Part shown: positions 28,801-40,429 of the stretch, piece after piece
Position numbering within the stretch: the first letter of the stretch is position 1
How the letters are laid out: each line of letters opens with the position of its first letter
Source of the DNA: Ophelia neglecta
Lineage: Eukaryota
Assembly: GCA_965285935.1 (NCBI GenBank)
Contig: OZ260663.1
Span: 45,880,001 to 45,944,000 of the forward strand
Reading direction: 5' to 3'
Length of the DNA stretch: 64,000 nt
Translations under genes and position numbers: made by a program
The notes under the pieces: generated by a model
The model's database searches: none
What the model saw: only the letters and a program-made list of their open reading frames with translations
What the model was told of the DNA's origin: nothing

Positions 28801-30558
28801 AGATTTGAAAATATTGAATACCAGTTACCTTATCAGATAATCTTTTGATAAAACTCAACTAAGATCCCATATGGTGTTCACAGTGATACCATTTGTTATA
28901 ATTTATTAGGCACAATGTAATTCTGATACATGAAATTCGGTATATTTCGCAGTGTATCAAATTATAAATGAATGTGTTAAATATTAAAAGCTTAGCTGCA
29001 GACAATTTCCATAAATCAATGAACATTTTCCTTGTTAAAGGACAGTGGTTTTTATTTGCTATACTCCCTCTCCCAATTCTAGTGTTTCACCATGTACACA
29101 GGTTAGTCCAGGATGACAATTTGTCCAAACAGTATCAAAAATTGCTAACTTGGTGGTTACCTAGTTCTTTTTTAAAGGCTGCTCCTATTTAGAAATGTAT
29201 TAGAAAACTGGTGCTTTTGTGTGGTATGATATTCAATACACAGCATACCAATATGCCAATTGAAATTATTTTCACATCCTTCTAGCATTTGGTTTAAGTC
29301 TCCAACAGAGAGGATCATTTATCTTCTATTATCAGCACAATACACAAAGTCCCCAGTAGATTCACTGGGAGCTGGCAGCGTCATTGATCACATAACATTT
29401 CCCAATCATCCATGATTATCACTGGTGGCGCGCAGAGCACACTCTCTCAACTTCTAATTACATAGCCTGTCTGCTATATGATAAAGGCTTCCAACTTTTA
29501 TCTGGACCTTTATCGCCCCTATCTGGGCTTCGATCTGCAGTTAATGGATTAATTCAAGCATTATCTGCCAGGACCAGGGAGACTGTAATCTTTATATCTG
29601 GACAGCCATATATAAAGAAATGAAAAACGCCTAGCGATAATATCTAGTCAGCCAGGCGAGGCTGAGTGTGTTCGCAAGAGATAAGAACCGAAGCCTTCAA
29701 TTCACTGATACAATGCGCAATGTAATGATATCCACGGACCACCCCTGCTATTAGTCTGATACCATGACAATAGATGGCCGAGAAAAAAGTAGAATATTAA
29801 AAATCCCTAGTCGCCAACTTTGGCAGCCTCGGATCACGCAAAAAGTTAAACTAGGATGCTAAATTCAATACACTTTGAAAGCAGATGGTGAGCGGCCAAT
29901 CTTATCTACACACTTATCTGCAGGATCTGCAGTCTTATCGGTACAATCTCTGCCCGTAGATTCAGCCGACTGCCCCAGTATAAATTGGCTGTGAACAAAC
30001 TACACAAGGTCAACATCAACTAGAATAATATTCAAGCCAGGCAAGACCAATATTATATGCTCGTTGAAATGTTTTAAATGCTTTAATGTAATAATTTCGC
30101 ATTGTACATTTTACTCTGTAGGCTCTGTTACAGTTGCTTTCTGGGTATCAGTATGAGTGAAGTTCTGCGGGAGCGCAAAACCGGCAATCGCATATTGTGG
30201 ATTCGATCTTTTCAAAACAAGATCACTTTAACGCATACTAGAATACGTGATAAACTCGTGTAGAAGACCATCGAACTTGAGCCTAAAACCTTTCCTTAAA
30301 GAAATTTCGATATCACATCCCAGGCCGCGTAACACAAGAGGTATAGGACAAGTATTAGGCCTACTATACAGTCTATCTAATCAGCTTCAAGCCTAAGACG
30401 CTGAAGTAGTGACATATTTATAATTTCGTCAACAGATAATGTTAAATAATCACCAATGATGATAACTTTGATATCAACAGCAAACATATGATAAGTAAAC
30501 AAACATAGGCCTACTTACTTTTGATGGACTTGGGATGGGATTGTTTCCGCCGAGACAT
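7842..30558 (-). CDS. ZFPM1: Friend of GATA / U-shaped zinc finger protein (ZFPM1/ZFPM2 family), ~1162 aa, 6 coding exons
   Basis: Exons (minus): 30558-30519 (MSRRKQSHPKSIK, donor GTAAGT), 17008-16806, 14364-14244, 12804-12508, 10832-10680, 10516-7842. All introns are GT-AG with consistent phases, total 3489 nt. The protein has the FOG NuRD-binding N-terminus MSRRKQxxP, a PR/SET-like region in exons 2-4 (GVYSTIPLPRGCSFGPYKG...HWLKLVR...LWCEISKDIQEEVELVAM) and a CtBP motif PLDLS. It has five FOG-type CCHC fingers (e.g. CKQCDISFTYLSTFIAHKKYYC), four C2H2 fingers and one short atypical C2HC finger. It is probably the single invertebrate co-ortholog of ZFPM1/ZFPM2 (ush), so the symbol is at family level. 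The exon 5 donor (GTGCTC) is weak but required by phase. Confidence 0.93.
15300..16640. promoter_or_regulatory. GATA-site cluster (candidate enhancer) in FOG intron 2
   Basis: About 20 WGATAR matches counted by eye on both strands in ~1.34 kb, against roughly 5 expected at ~64% AT. Confidence 0.55.
21850..21994. mobile_element. Short Tc1/mariner-type MITE in FOG intron 1
   Basis: TA|CCGTGAAACCTG ... CAGGTTTCACTG|T termini with internal AGACCACCT subrepeats. A related right-end fragment occurs at ~1112-1169 (AGACCACC...GGTGGCC...GGGGTTCCACTG|TA). Confidence 0.6.
22030..22330 (+). mobile_element. Penelope-like retroelement remnant with a minimal hammerhead motif
   Basis: 22148-22312 is a near-exact reverse complement of ~53575-53740. 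It contains AAAGTC-CAGAAGA-A-GGCAGGC-TT-GCCTGCC-GAAAATTC-GACATT. The preceding frame reads CLRRKIVPRGFQLKW, resembling the C..xIVPxGxxLK motif in the N-terminal part of Penelope-like ORFs. Confidence 0.6.
25226..25288. repeat. Tandem duplication, ~33/30 bp units
   Basis: ATTAGAGCGACGGACATTGA..CATGTCTC occurs twice in tandem. Confidence 0.85.
29310..29945. promoter_or_regulatory. GATA-site cluster (candidate enhancer) in the promoter-proximal part of FOG intron 1
   Basis: About 10 WGATAR matches plus several CGATAA/GATAT/GATAC variants in ~0.63 kb. The sequence retains CpG. Confidence 0.55.
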
Positions 30559-30780
30559 GTTGAGCCGTCTGCTCGCGTGCCACTGACCGACTACAGCTTA
30601 TACAGATGTGCGCAGTGACCCGAGTTCTTGGCTGAAATCATTTGCGCCGTGACCTGCGCCTCGCTCCCGTCGGGTGGTGGTATGCAAGATGGTGGCCTGT
30701 TAAGGAGGGAAAACACCGTATATTTTGACAATAAAACGCATATTAACAATTAGTTGTTGGTGAATATTTCCCGCTGGTAA
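30559..30780. promoter_or_regulatory. CpG-rich bidirectional promoter between FOG (minus) and the zinc-finger gene (plus), including the probable non-coding exon 1 of the ZNF gene
   Basis: Local CpG enrichment over ~29600-31140. FOG ATG at 30558. YY1-like CAAGATGGTGGC at 30685, NRF1-like TGTGCGCAGT at ~30607, and a plus-strand donor CTG|GTAAGC at 30776/30777. Confidence 0.6.
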
Positions 30781-32122
30781 GCAGTTTTTCTTAATAGTGT
30801 TTTTTTCTTATTAATTCTACTGAAACTTGGGGGGAAATCAATATGATTAGATAGTTATCCCACTTTGTTTGTTGCAAGTGTCAATTGCGATCGAACCCTT
30901 CCCCCAGTTCCCCTGTAAAATTCTGACCACTTGTCCTGGCTGGCCTTAGGGTGGGCCTTCCGCCGGGTCTTCCCGCCAAACTACATGCATCGGGCAGTTT
31001 ACGCAACACCTTATTCATTAAGCGCAAGCTAGCCAATTTTTTAATCGTCAGCCGTATTGACTTGAGCAGCATCCTTAATTGCTTGTAAAGTTTTAATTGT
31101 TTTCATCCAAATCTAGAATAGTTTTAAGTTCGCGTTCATTGGCCTGTAGATATAATTAGATATAAACAAAATACAAGTCTTAGACAAGCTACAAAAGTTT
31201 TCCCTTTTTTGCCACATATTGTCACAAAAGGAATTACAATGTGACATATCTGCCATGTGTAACATATTAGTGTACATTAGTGTACATATTAATGTTTTCA
31301 TCTTAATGTATTATACGCATTGTATGTGTAGCCTTGTAATCATAATTCGCTTAAAAGGGTACATGGTGCCCATCTATATCTCAATCTTTTATCTACCTAT
31401 CTATCTATCTATATATATAGGTGAGTTGTGGGGGGGGGGGGGGGTTACTTTGAGTCGCTTGGATCCAATGGGGTATCCAAGCTTGAAAATTGAAATAGAA
31501 AGGGTGTTTTACATATTGAAGAAAACATTCCCTTTTACTCAAACTTGTATTGTTTTTTGACACAATTTTCAATTATTGTAGGCATGTCGAGTTTCCATGT
31601 TTAGATATATGGGTAGGAATGAAGGAATCTCACTTTCAATATATTATTAACCAACTCCAGTAGGAAAAACTAAGAGATCATTCATAATTTATGCCGGGGC
31701 TGGGGGTGGTTTAGTGGTGGGGGGGGGGGGGGGGCAGTAAAAATTATCTTTTGTTGTGGGGTCATGTAAAAATGTCTTATCCATATGAAGGGTCCCATAC
31801 TGAAGTAAAATAAACAAATTCTCATCTGATAGGCGGATGTGAAAAATCCCCTTCCCTGCATAAGTAATGAATGATTTCTAAACCCATTAAGCAAATTGGC
31901 AAAACATGGAAATTTAACACATTTTACTTCCACACTATTAGATATTGAACACTTGTATACAAATATGCTTTGAGCTACATGTTACTAATTTTACCTATGG
32001 ATCACCTTTTTGTTATTCTTTGTTTTTTACAAAGGTAAAGCAATTCTTCCCTTGTTTATTTCATTCATTACAGATTAACTTAAATAGACAAGCAGCAGAT
32101 CCAACAAGTATAAACCAAGAAA

Positions 32123-35100
32123 ATGAGTTCATCAGGTATGGACAATGTTCTTCATCTTAACTCATCTGACCAATACTGTACTCCCCTCACTTCATATCCT
32201 TCTTTCTCCACCAGTTGATGGTCATATTGGCTATAAATGCTTGCTTTCTCCATTACAGCTGAATAGGTTCTATCCACATGTTCCTTATTTGGATCTTTGC
32301 AAGGCTATCATCAGTCTTGATCTAGTCTGAGGGTTAGATTGGATGCCTTTTGTTGCACTTTCCCTCCTCCAACTATGAATAAAACGTTATAATTTGTGAT
32401 CACAGTGTTGATGGAAGGTCGTAAAAGGCTAAGTAGCAAAGCCTTACAAAATTGTCCCAAGCCGAAAATCAGTAACCCCCCAAAGACAGATTATATTTAT
32501 GGGTGTAAGTTAATTGATGTGTAGAAAACTTGATGATGTCTTCGCTGTCTTATTGTTTTTCAATAAGATTGCCCGATATGATTCCTGAAGAGCAGCAAAT
32601 GTGTGTCATTATTTAAATTGGTGAAATAACTGTATTTGTTGTTTGGGATAAAGCATTTGGTGCAAGTTTTTCAATATGAAGTGTTTCAGCACATTTCAAG
32701 ATATTTGTGACTGTTCACTTGACATATAATTATTATCACCCTTCTACAAATAGTCTTATCTCTGAATTGGCATATTGGAAAAACTTTATTATTGTTCCCA
32801 TTTGTAGGTGATAAACAGCTAGCGTAGTGTCCTGCATAACATCAAATTGAACCTACCCTTATTGCCCTACTTTGTGTTTTCCTCCAAGTTTGATAGTCTT
32901 CTGTTGTTAAAACTTTGCATTTTAAATCATATTGTGGTTGTCACACTCCCTTTGGGTCTTGCAAATACAATGGATACTACTTGACCAGCCAGTATTACTT
33001 GTTAATGAAAAATGGCCATTGTCCACTCATTAGGTTTTTTTCTACAGTGGCGCACTATTGTAAAGTCTAATTCAAATTCAAACAGCCAAGACGTACATGG
33101 CTTTTAATTATAACATCTGACTAAATAAGTGTTGTCTTTTAAACCTTACCTTAACAGGGTCAATTTACTTATTCAGTGTTATCAACAAAATATCTGGTCC
33201 TAAACAGGAGGACATGTCAACTAATTCAGCAATAAATTGGATAAATGAAAAGCAAATATTAAATATTTTACTTTTCCTTCTTCTTTTTGCAGAGTCTGAC
33301 GAAGATATTCATCAGTGCGGTCGATGTAAGGAAATATTTAGATCCATTGATGACTATTTTGTCCATAAGAAGAGTAAATTATGTCACAAAGTCAAGACTT
33401 CGAGGTCCACAGAAAAGATTCATGAAGAAAATGTGAAAGTAAAAGCCACACAAAATGCCTTTAAAAAAGAGAAGGAAAAAGTAAAAACTGTTAGAAAACC
33501 TGAGAACAAGACAGATACAGAGCAACCTATGTTGACCAATGTTCCTCCTGCAGAAAACACAGAAATAGTAGATACGTCCATTAGCACGAGATTAAAAACA
33601 AGACGGAGAAAAGCTGCCCCGAAGAAAGTATGGATTGAAGACTACGACAATCAGCTGGCAGAAAGTGAGCAGTTGGAGCCGTTTCAACCATACAGGTCTA
33701 CAAGCCGAGGAAGAGCTCAAGGACGTGGTGGAGGCAAGGGACGAGGAAGAGGCAGGGGGAGTAGTAATGCAGTGACTAAGGCAACGATTGCCTTGAAACT
33801 CAATGAAATAGCAGGAGAAGGAGGAAAAGATATTGACTTTGGCATTCTACCCAAGTATGCCTCTGCTTTAACAGCTAAGCAGCTGGCACAAAGAAAGGAG
33901 GCTGTGATTTTACGTTCCAATAAGTTCTATCAGTGCCCTGAATGTGAGTACAGAGCAAAACATCAAGATGAGTATGATCGACATCTTAGGACAGTCCACA
34001 ATCTTAGCACCTACATTTGTCCAAAATGTCTTCTTCCATTCCGAGATAAGTACAAGCTAAAGAGACACTTGGATACTAAACGTTGCAAAGGGAAAGACAA
34101 GCTTTGTGATACACCCAAATACATGCCATTTACCAGTTCCAGTCGCATTTACAAGAAACAACTTGTATCCGGAGGACTCAGCAAGGCGAAAAAATTTGAT
34201 AATAATGATGACACTGATGATGACACTGATGTCAAAAAGGAGAAGAAGTTACCTAGAGTAAACATGCTCTTTAACTTTGGCATCTCCCAGCCTTTTACTT
34301 GTAACGAATGCGATAAGACTTTTGACAATTATGACGGAATTATACATCATTTAGACAAGCATCCAGACATTTTCCCAGGAATCTGCCGTTTTTGTGGAAG
34401 ATGGTTTCCGTCTCGTTACAAACTCTGGCGACACATGACGTCCTCTATACATGATGACATTGAAGAGACAACAATGCAGGCTGCTAAATCTGAAATCCAA
34501 AAACTTAAAATCAACTGGCCCGTTGAAGCAATGAAGAAAAATGTTGTTTTCACTAAAAATGAGTGTAAAAAGTGTAATCTGTTATTTTCAACCAAAGTTA
34601 AGTTATTAAATCACATGAAACAAGTCCATGTGCCTGTTACTATCATCAAGAGATTCCGATGTGAAAGCTGCACACAGCACTTTGCCAAGCGGGCAGATCT
34701 TCTTCATCACCTGAAACAAGATCATGCCATTGATGACCCAAACGCTTTAGCTCAGTTTAAGTGTGCAGTGTGTGACAGAATTTTCAAACAGAAGAGTCAT
34801 GTGTTCAGACATAGAGAGTCTTTACACACACCAGTTCAGCAGACACCGTATACTCCCCCTGAGGACAGTGATCTGGAGCTGTCCGAATCGCCAGATCAAA
34901 GCTCCGATTCCTCCTCCTCTGTTACTGGTAATGCTAAAGATTCGGAAACAGAAAAGAGTGATGACAATGCAGAAACCAATAGCCAATCAAAGAGTCTTGT
35001 AATCAAGGAGAAGAAACATGAAGTGTTTAGCTGCTTTGTGTGTTTCAGCATCCATGAAAATAAAGACAAATTAAATAGGCATTTGGAGATGCATAGAGTT

Positions 35101-37620
35101 TGGGTTCCAATCCCAAACGAAGGTCCAGAGCCTCCCGACTTGTTTCAAAACCCGCCCAGGATACCAACTGACAGAGACAAGCCTATCCCTAGGTTCATAC
35201 CACCATGGGAAAACAAGAAAGCCAAGAACAGTAAGCAACCCTCAGAGGATCTCAGCGGAGAAGCTGAGGATGCTGACACTAGCGCAGACACCTCAGCTAC
35301 TGCCGAGTCCACTGCAGTATTCACCCCACTCACTACCATTGACCAAGCGGCTTTCAGTGACCTGATGCAAGAACAAGCTAAAGCTATGATGCAAGATCAG
35401 CTAGAATCTAATGTTACTGTGATCAATATATTACCTGAAGGGTGCCCACTGGAAATGGACAAAGAGGCACCAGAGACTTGTGAGACCGGTGCTGGTATAC
35501 CTGCCACTAAAAAGACTGATGTGGATGCTGTTAAAAAACAAGGTGTCATGTTGGATACTGAGAGCCAAAGTAGCAGCGCTAATATTGAAGTCATTGAGCA
35601 AACAAAATCCAGTGAAACCAACAAGGATCAGCATTTAGAAAGTAAAGAAACTCCTAAAAAGACAAATTACAAAGAAATGAAGTATTTGTGTCCATATTGT
35701 ATAAGACTGACATCGACACTTGACGATATGTACAAACATAAGGTCTCAGAACATAAACTTCAAGCAGTATTCAAATGTGTCCAACCAAACTGTCAACAAA
35801 TGTTCTTTGATATTAAAAAGTTTAAACTGCACAATACTGTTCATTCCCAGAGAGCCTTTATCTGTAATATCTGCAACGATCACTTCCTGGATACCGCTGC
35901 ACTGATAGGGCATAAAAGTTCATGGCATCGCAATGTCCATAGTGCAGGTGGCAATCACTGTTCTGTTTGTAACAAGTCGTTTGCTTCCAAAGAGGCCCTT
36001 CGAGCGCACACTGCCAAGGATCTCCATCATCATCAGTGCCACCAGTGTGGGGCCGTCATGAAAAGCCCATGTGACTTGCGGGAACATGAGGCACGCCACC
36101 AGGGAGTCAAGTCATTCCTCTGCGAACAGTGTGGAGCAACATTTGTGAGTAAACTTGCTTTAAAGCGACACACTGCAACGCACAGTCCCACAAAATCTCA
36201 CAAGTGCACCGAATGCTCAGCTGCATTCAATAAAAAAGAACATTTAAGGAGACATAAAATTGCCAAGCATAGCTCTAGCAAGCCATTTGTCTGTACACAT
36301 GGAGATTGTGGAAAAGCATTTGCAAGAAAAGACAAGCTTCAAGAACATTTGAAAGCACATTCTACTGAGAAGCCATATGTTTGTACACAGTGTGGAAGAA
36401 GATATAGATACCGAGAAGGTCTGAAATACCATGAAAAGACACATGAACGTACCACCAAATATACATGTTCTGTATGCGATGTGGCCTTCCCCAGACCAGG
36501 GCAGCTGAGATCACATTTAAAGTTCATTCATGGAATTAACACCAAAGAGCAGCATCTTTACCCATGCATGCAATGTTCCTCCTTGTTCTCTAGACCTGAG
36601 AGAGTAAAAAGGCACATGGAGAGAGAACATGGGGTGTCTGCTCTGTGGAAGCTATATTGTACTGTCTGTAGTCGTGGTTTTCCTGGAGAAAAAAGCTTGA
36701 ACAGTCACATGAAATGCCATCATGCTCCCAGCTCTCAAGGTCAAGTGCAGAAGCCAAAGCGAGGACCCAGGAAGGCTCGAAAAGCTGCCTTCTCAAAACC
36801 CCCTGCCCCAGGGCCACAACAGGATCTTCTGGCATGTGTGATGGACCAGAGCCTGCTGCCCAGTGTTACTGTTGTTCCCCCAGGATCTTCCACACAGTAC
36901 ACCACCAGTGAAGGCAATCTGACTGATGCCCAAACTGATGCCCAATACACCAGTGGGACAATGGTTGTTAATATTGTGCATGATGCTCAGCCAGTTAGAA
37001 GCCATGCCAGTACAGGCATACCCCCGACACCTCAAATTACTGTGATCACCCATCACCATCAACCTTTGTCTCAACAGATGGCTACCTCCACTGCCATGGA
37101 GTCTCGATACAGCGAGGAATCACGATCAGATCAACTCCAACAGCCAGTTTTGGCTCCCATAGGCAATGTGGTCCCAGTAGTCCCCGAAAGGATGAGTCCA
37201 TATGTTATAACTGAAAATGGGAGCCAACCTCTGTCTTCTCCGAGCTACATCTCCACCCAGGGAACCAGCATGGCACAGTACGTCACCCATGACAGACATG
37301 TGCTACAGCCTCTCCTGCCGGTGTCCTATGGGACGTCAGATGGAAAGGTGGGACCAGAGTCAGTCAAAGCTGATGAGCATTGCTCCCCCTTGACCCCCAT
37401 ACCACTGACAGTGTCTACGGACAGGCACCTTCCCATCTCCCCTGGTCTTGGGGCTGGGGACAGGCCTAATTCCAGTTTAGCTGTCACCAGCTCTGTTCAA
37501 GAGATACCCCCAGGCATGATAGTTCTGTCCCATCAGAGCAATGTTCCTCTATCACAAAACAACCAGCTACAGTATCTACCAACATATGGTACGATTGTCA
37601 ACTATGATGGGAGATTTTAG
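32123..37620 (+). CDS. Large multi-C2H2 zinc finger transcription factor (~1446 aa, ~21 fingers)
   Basis: ORF 33214-37620. Its first 26 codons are intronic (polypyrimidine tract and TTTTTGCAG acceptor ending at 33292). A phase-compatible start lies in the upstream exon 32074-32135 (ATG AGT TCA TCA G at 32123-32135, donor GTATGG), giving MSSSESDEDIHQCGRCK. There is an isolated N-terminal finger, an RGRGRGRG AT-hook-like segment, about 21 C2H2-type fingers (some with EKPY/SKPF linkers) and a Q/S/P-rich C-terminus. The start exon is less certain than the main exon. Confidence 0.88.
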
Positions 37621-39154
37621 ACTTGTGTCTTCTCTGTTATGTCATTAATATGTACATAATTTGCCTTTATAAGATTAGTCAAATTGAATGAATATTATAA
37701 ATCCATAATACTTAGAGCTCTTTATACACTATATATGTATGTATTGAAATGTTACAGCAAGGAATTGCTTCAGAAGCATTCCTAACTACATGTGTTGGTC
37801 AGAAAATGAGTAAGACCAGGATTATAAAATTGGAATAAAAAAGGTTCCATTTCCTCTCAGAACATTCCTTAACAAAGCCACTAATTTTGCCATTTTAGTT
37901 GCACCAAGAGCTGGACAATGCCTTATCCGAACAAACAGATGTAATTTTATTCTAAATTGTTATCTGTATTTTGTTGATTGGGGTGTGGGCGGGGGGGGAT
38001 ACAAGTTGTAAGGCAGCAGGAACTCAATAAGTATGTAACAATGTTCCAACATCTTGAGTTTAAATAGTTGGAAATTGGTTTAGCAGGATAAGTCTAATAA
38101 AAAAGGACAATATCATTTGAAATGGCAGAATCTGCGCATTCTTTCTTCTACCAAGGTTAGAGGGGGGGGGGGGGATGTTATGGTTAATATGGTTAAACTT
38201 ATTGTTGCTTAATGAAATTTGAATGCTACTACTTTTTAAAACTTTGGTTAATTGTTAAGTATTTTAATCTGCCATACTTAATGCACATGGTTCCATTTTC
38301 CTGTATGTATGAATATGTGTGTACATATATCCTACAGATATTTAAAGACACTAGTATATAGTGTAGATTTAATATATACCTATTGTATAGTTTGTGTACA
38401 CTCGCTAAATGCTTATGTTGTTACTCTATTTTAGTACTTTGAATGGTTATAATTGACATGATATAAATGTACATCCCAGTTTGTTATATTTTCCAATATG
38501 GAACTGCCTTGGGCCTTTAACTATTAACACATTACAATGCTGTTCAAATTATGGTGAGATATTGAAATTAATATGTAATATTGATATTTATCAAGATTGG
38601 CACTACATGCGCATTTTCTGTGAAAATTTGTCTTTCACTCCATTAATTATGGCTGGAGGTGACTATAAAGACCTTCAAGTACATGTGCTGTTAAAGGTTT
38701 GAAGTTGTAGTCATGTCACATCCTAACCAATTCAGTTTCCAAATTTGCTGTGACCCTATCAAATTCTTAAAACGTAGCCAGGAGATATGATTTTACCAAT
38801 TTATTTACCAGTCCAAAGGCTTTCTGTTAAGTATAAATGAAAGTGTCAGTCTTTTGACTACAATAAAAAATGTTTAGCTCAGAAGAAATTGTCTCATTGT
38901 TTCATGTAACTTTTCTCCTATTAACAACAAACTGTTAAGAAATAAGTATACATGAAAATAAATCATTTGAAAGTGAATGAGAATTCTCTTGTAGTTTTAA
39001 TTTGGTTACATATTCATCCCTTTAATGAGACCCGGGATCTTCAGGTGGAGGTTGAGTTTAGCTCCCGAGCTGTCTGTTTGGGGGCACATTACCAAGTTTG
39101 GCAGTGGTGGAACCTATTGATTGCAGAGCTATGCGGTGTGCTTTAAGCTTGTCA

Positions 39155-39655
39155 GGCAGCCTTATCTGGTGTTTGGGTAGGAGATGGGCCTGGTCTCTAT
39201 CTGCCAGCCCGGCCCCGCAACTAGATGAGTGGTTACTCCCTGATAACGTGATTGATCACCCAAATTCGGTAATTTTTCATAAATATTAATGGATGCTTTC
39301 CACAAGCGATGTGTATCGTCAGCCATAGCACCTTTATCTTTAGACACAGGTATATATGAAGATCTGTCTTTATCTAAAAATGGACATTCTATCACATACC
39401 TCCGCTTTATGTTCAATCTTGAATCATAAAAGTTTATTTAACCTTTGACATTGGTCTTTATTTTTACCATTTTTGTGATGGTGCAGATAAAGGGCATTAT
39501 CAGAGGGAGGCATCCAGGGAGAGTCATTATTTGTGATGATGGCACACACTTGTGGGTGTGATTAGCCATCCCATTCTAAGTGGCCACAAATAGACTGGCT
39601 CTTTGGACAAATTTGATAGGGATTTGCTCCTTTCATCAGGAAATGTATCACCACT
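39155..39655. promoter_or_regulatory. GATA-site cluster (candidate distal FOG enhancer) between the ZNF and UNC93 3' ends
   Basis: Nine WGATAR matches at ~39162, 39197, 39241, 39334, 39369, 39389, 39485, 39497 and 39614, within ~460 bp. Confidence 0.45.
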
Positions 39656-39755
39656 GCAGCCAGGGACTGGCTGCAGGTCAATGCCAACTTTCAGAGAGTG
39701 AAATCTAATAGTACAGGAGGGGCTTAGTGTACTTGTTATTAGTTTTCATTACCAG

Positions 39756-39995
39756 GGGCCAGTTGTTCAAAGATTCTTGACTTAAAGTCCAAGGCTGTTT
39801 TAGTGGATTCGGACCGAAGATACATGTTTTGATTTCATATATATTTCTTCCACTTAAGCCAGTTGTTGATAAATGCTTAGCTACAAGTCTAAGTCCAATT
39901 TTAGACTTTAAAAGTCGGATAATCTTGGCAAGTTGAAAATCCAAGTTTAAGTCTGGACTTGGCTTGAGGTCGAACAATCTTTTAACATCTGGCCC
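39756..39995. mobile_element. MITE, PIF/Harbinger-like (240 bp)
   Basis: TIRs GGGCCAGTTGTTCAAAGATT and AATCTTTTAACATCTGGCCC (18/20 match). 3-bp TSD CAG on both sides (39753-39755 and 39996-39998). Internal AAGTC/GACTT palindromic subrepeats. Confidence 0.75.
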
Positions 39996-40429
39996 CAGGC
40001 CTGTGATTCACTTACTACTAGTGTACGGTCATCAAACAACACACACATCACATTCAAATTACAACATTATATATTTCAAAAAATTACAGATGATATGCTA
40101 CATCTACTGAAGTAGAATGATAAATTTCAAAATTAAATGAAGCTTTATCCAAATTGGTTAGCATTAAAGAAACAAGTTGAAAATGACTTGAATTTACTAG
40201 TAATAGAGCCCTACACAAATGACAGTGTAGAGAAGTGCTGTTATTATATGAGGTAAATTTTAACCCTCATATAATTTTGTTAGCGTTGTCCACTGCTGAA
40301 TTTGTGTATATGTCCCTCCATTCATGATGGAATATTCCCTTGTTTGCACTAAATGAGTTAATATTGTGATTTTTTTTTACATCATATGCTTTTATACTGT
40401 GTCTTTGGCACATTTTGTTTTTAATATCA

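Noticed and set aside
33214-33292. First 26 codons of the 1468-aa ORF, which look like a signal peptide
   Set aside because: The hydrophobic stretch is the translated polypyrimidine tract before the acceptor at 33292, so it is intronic.
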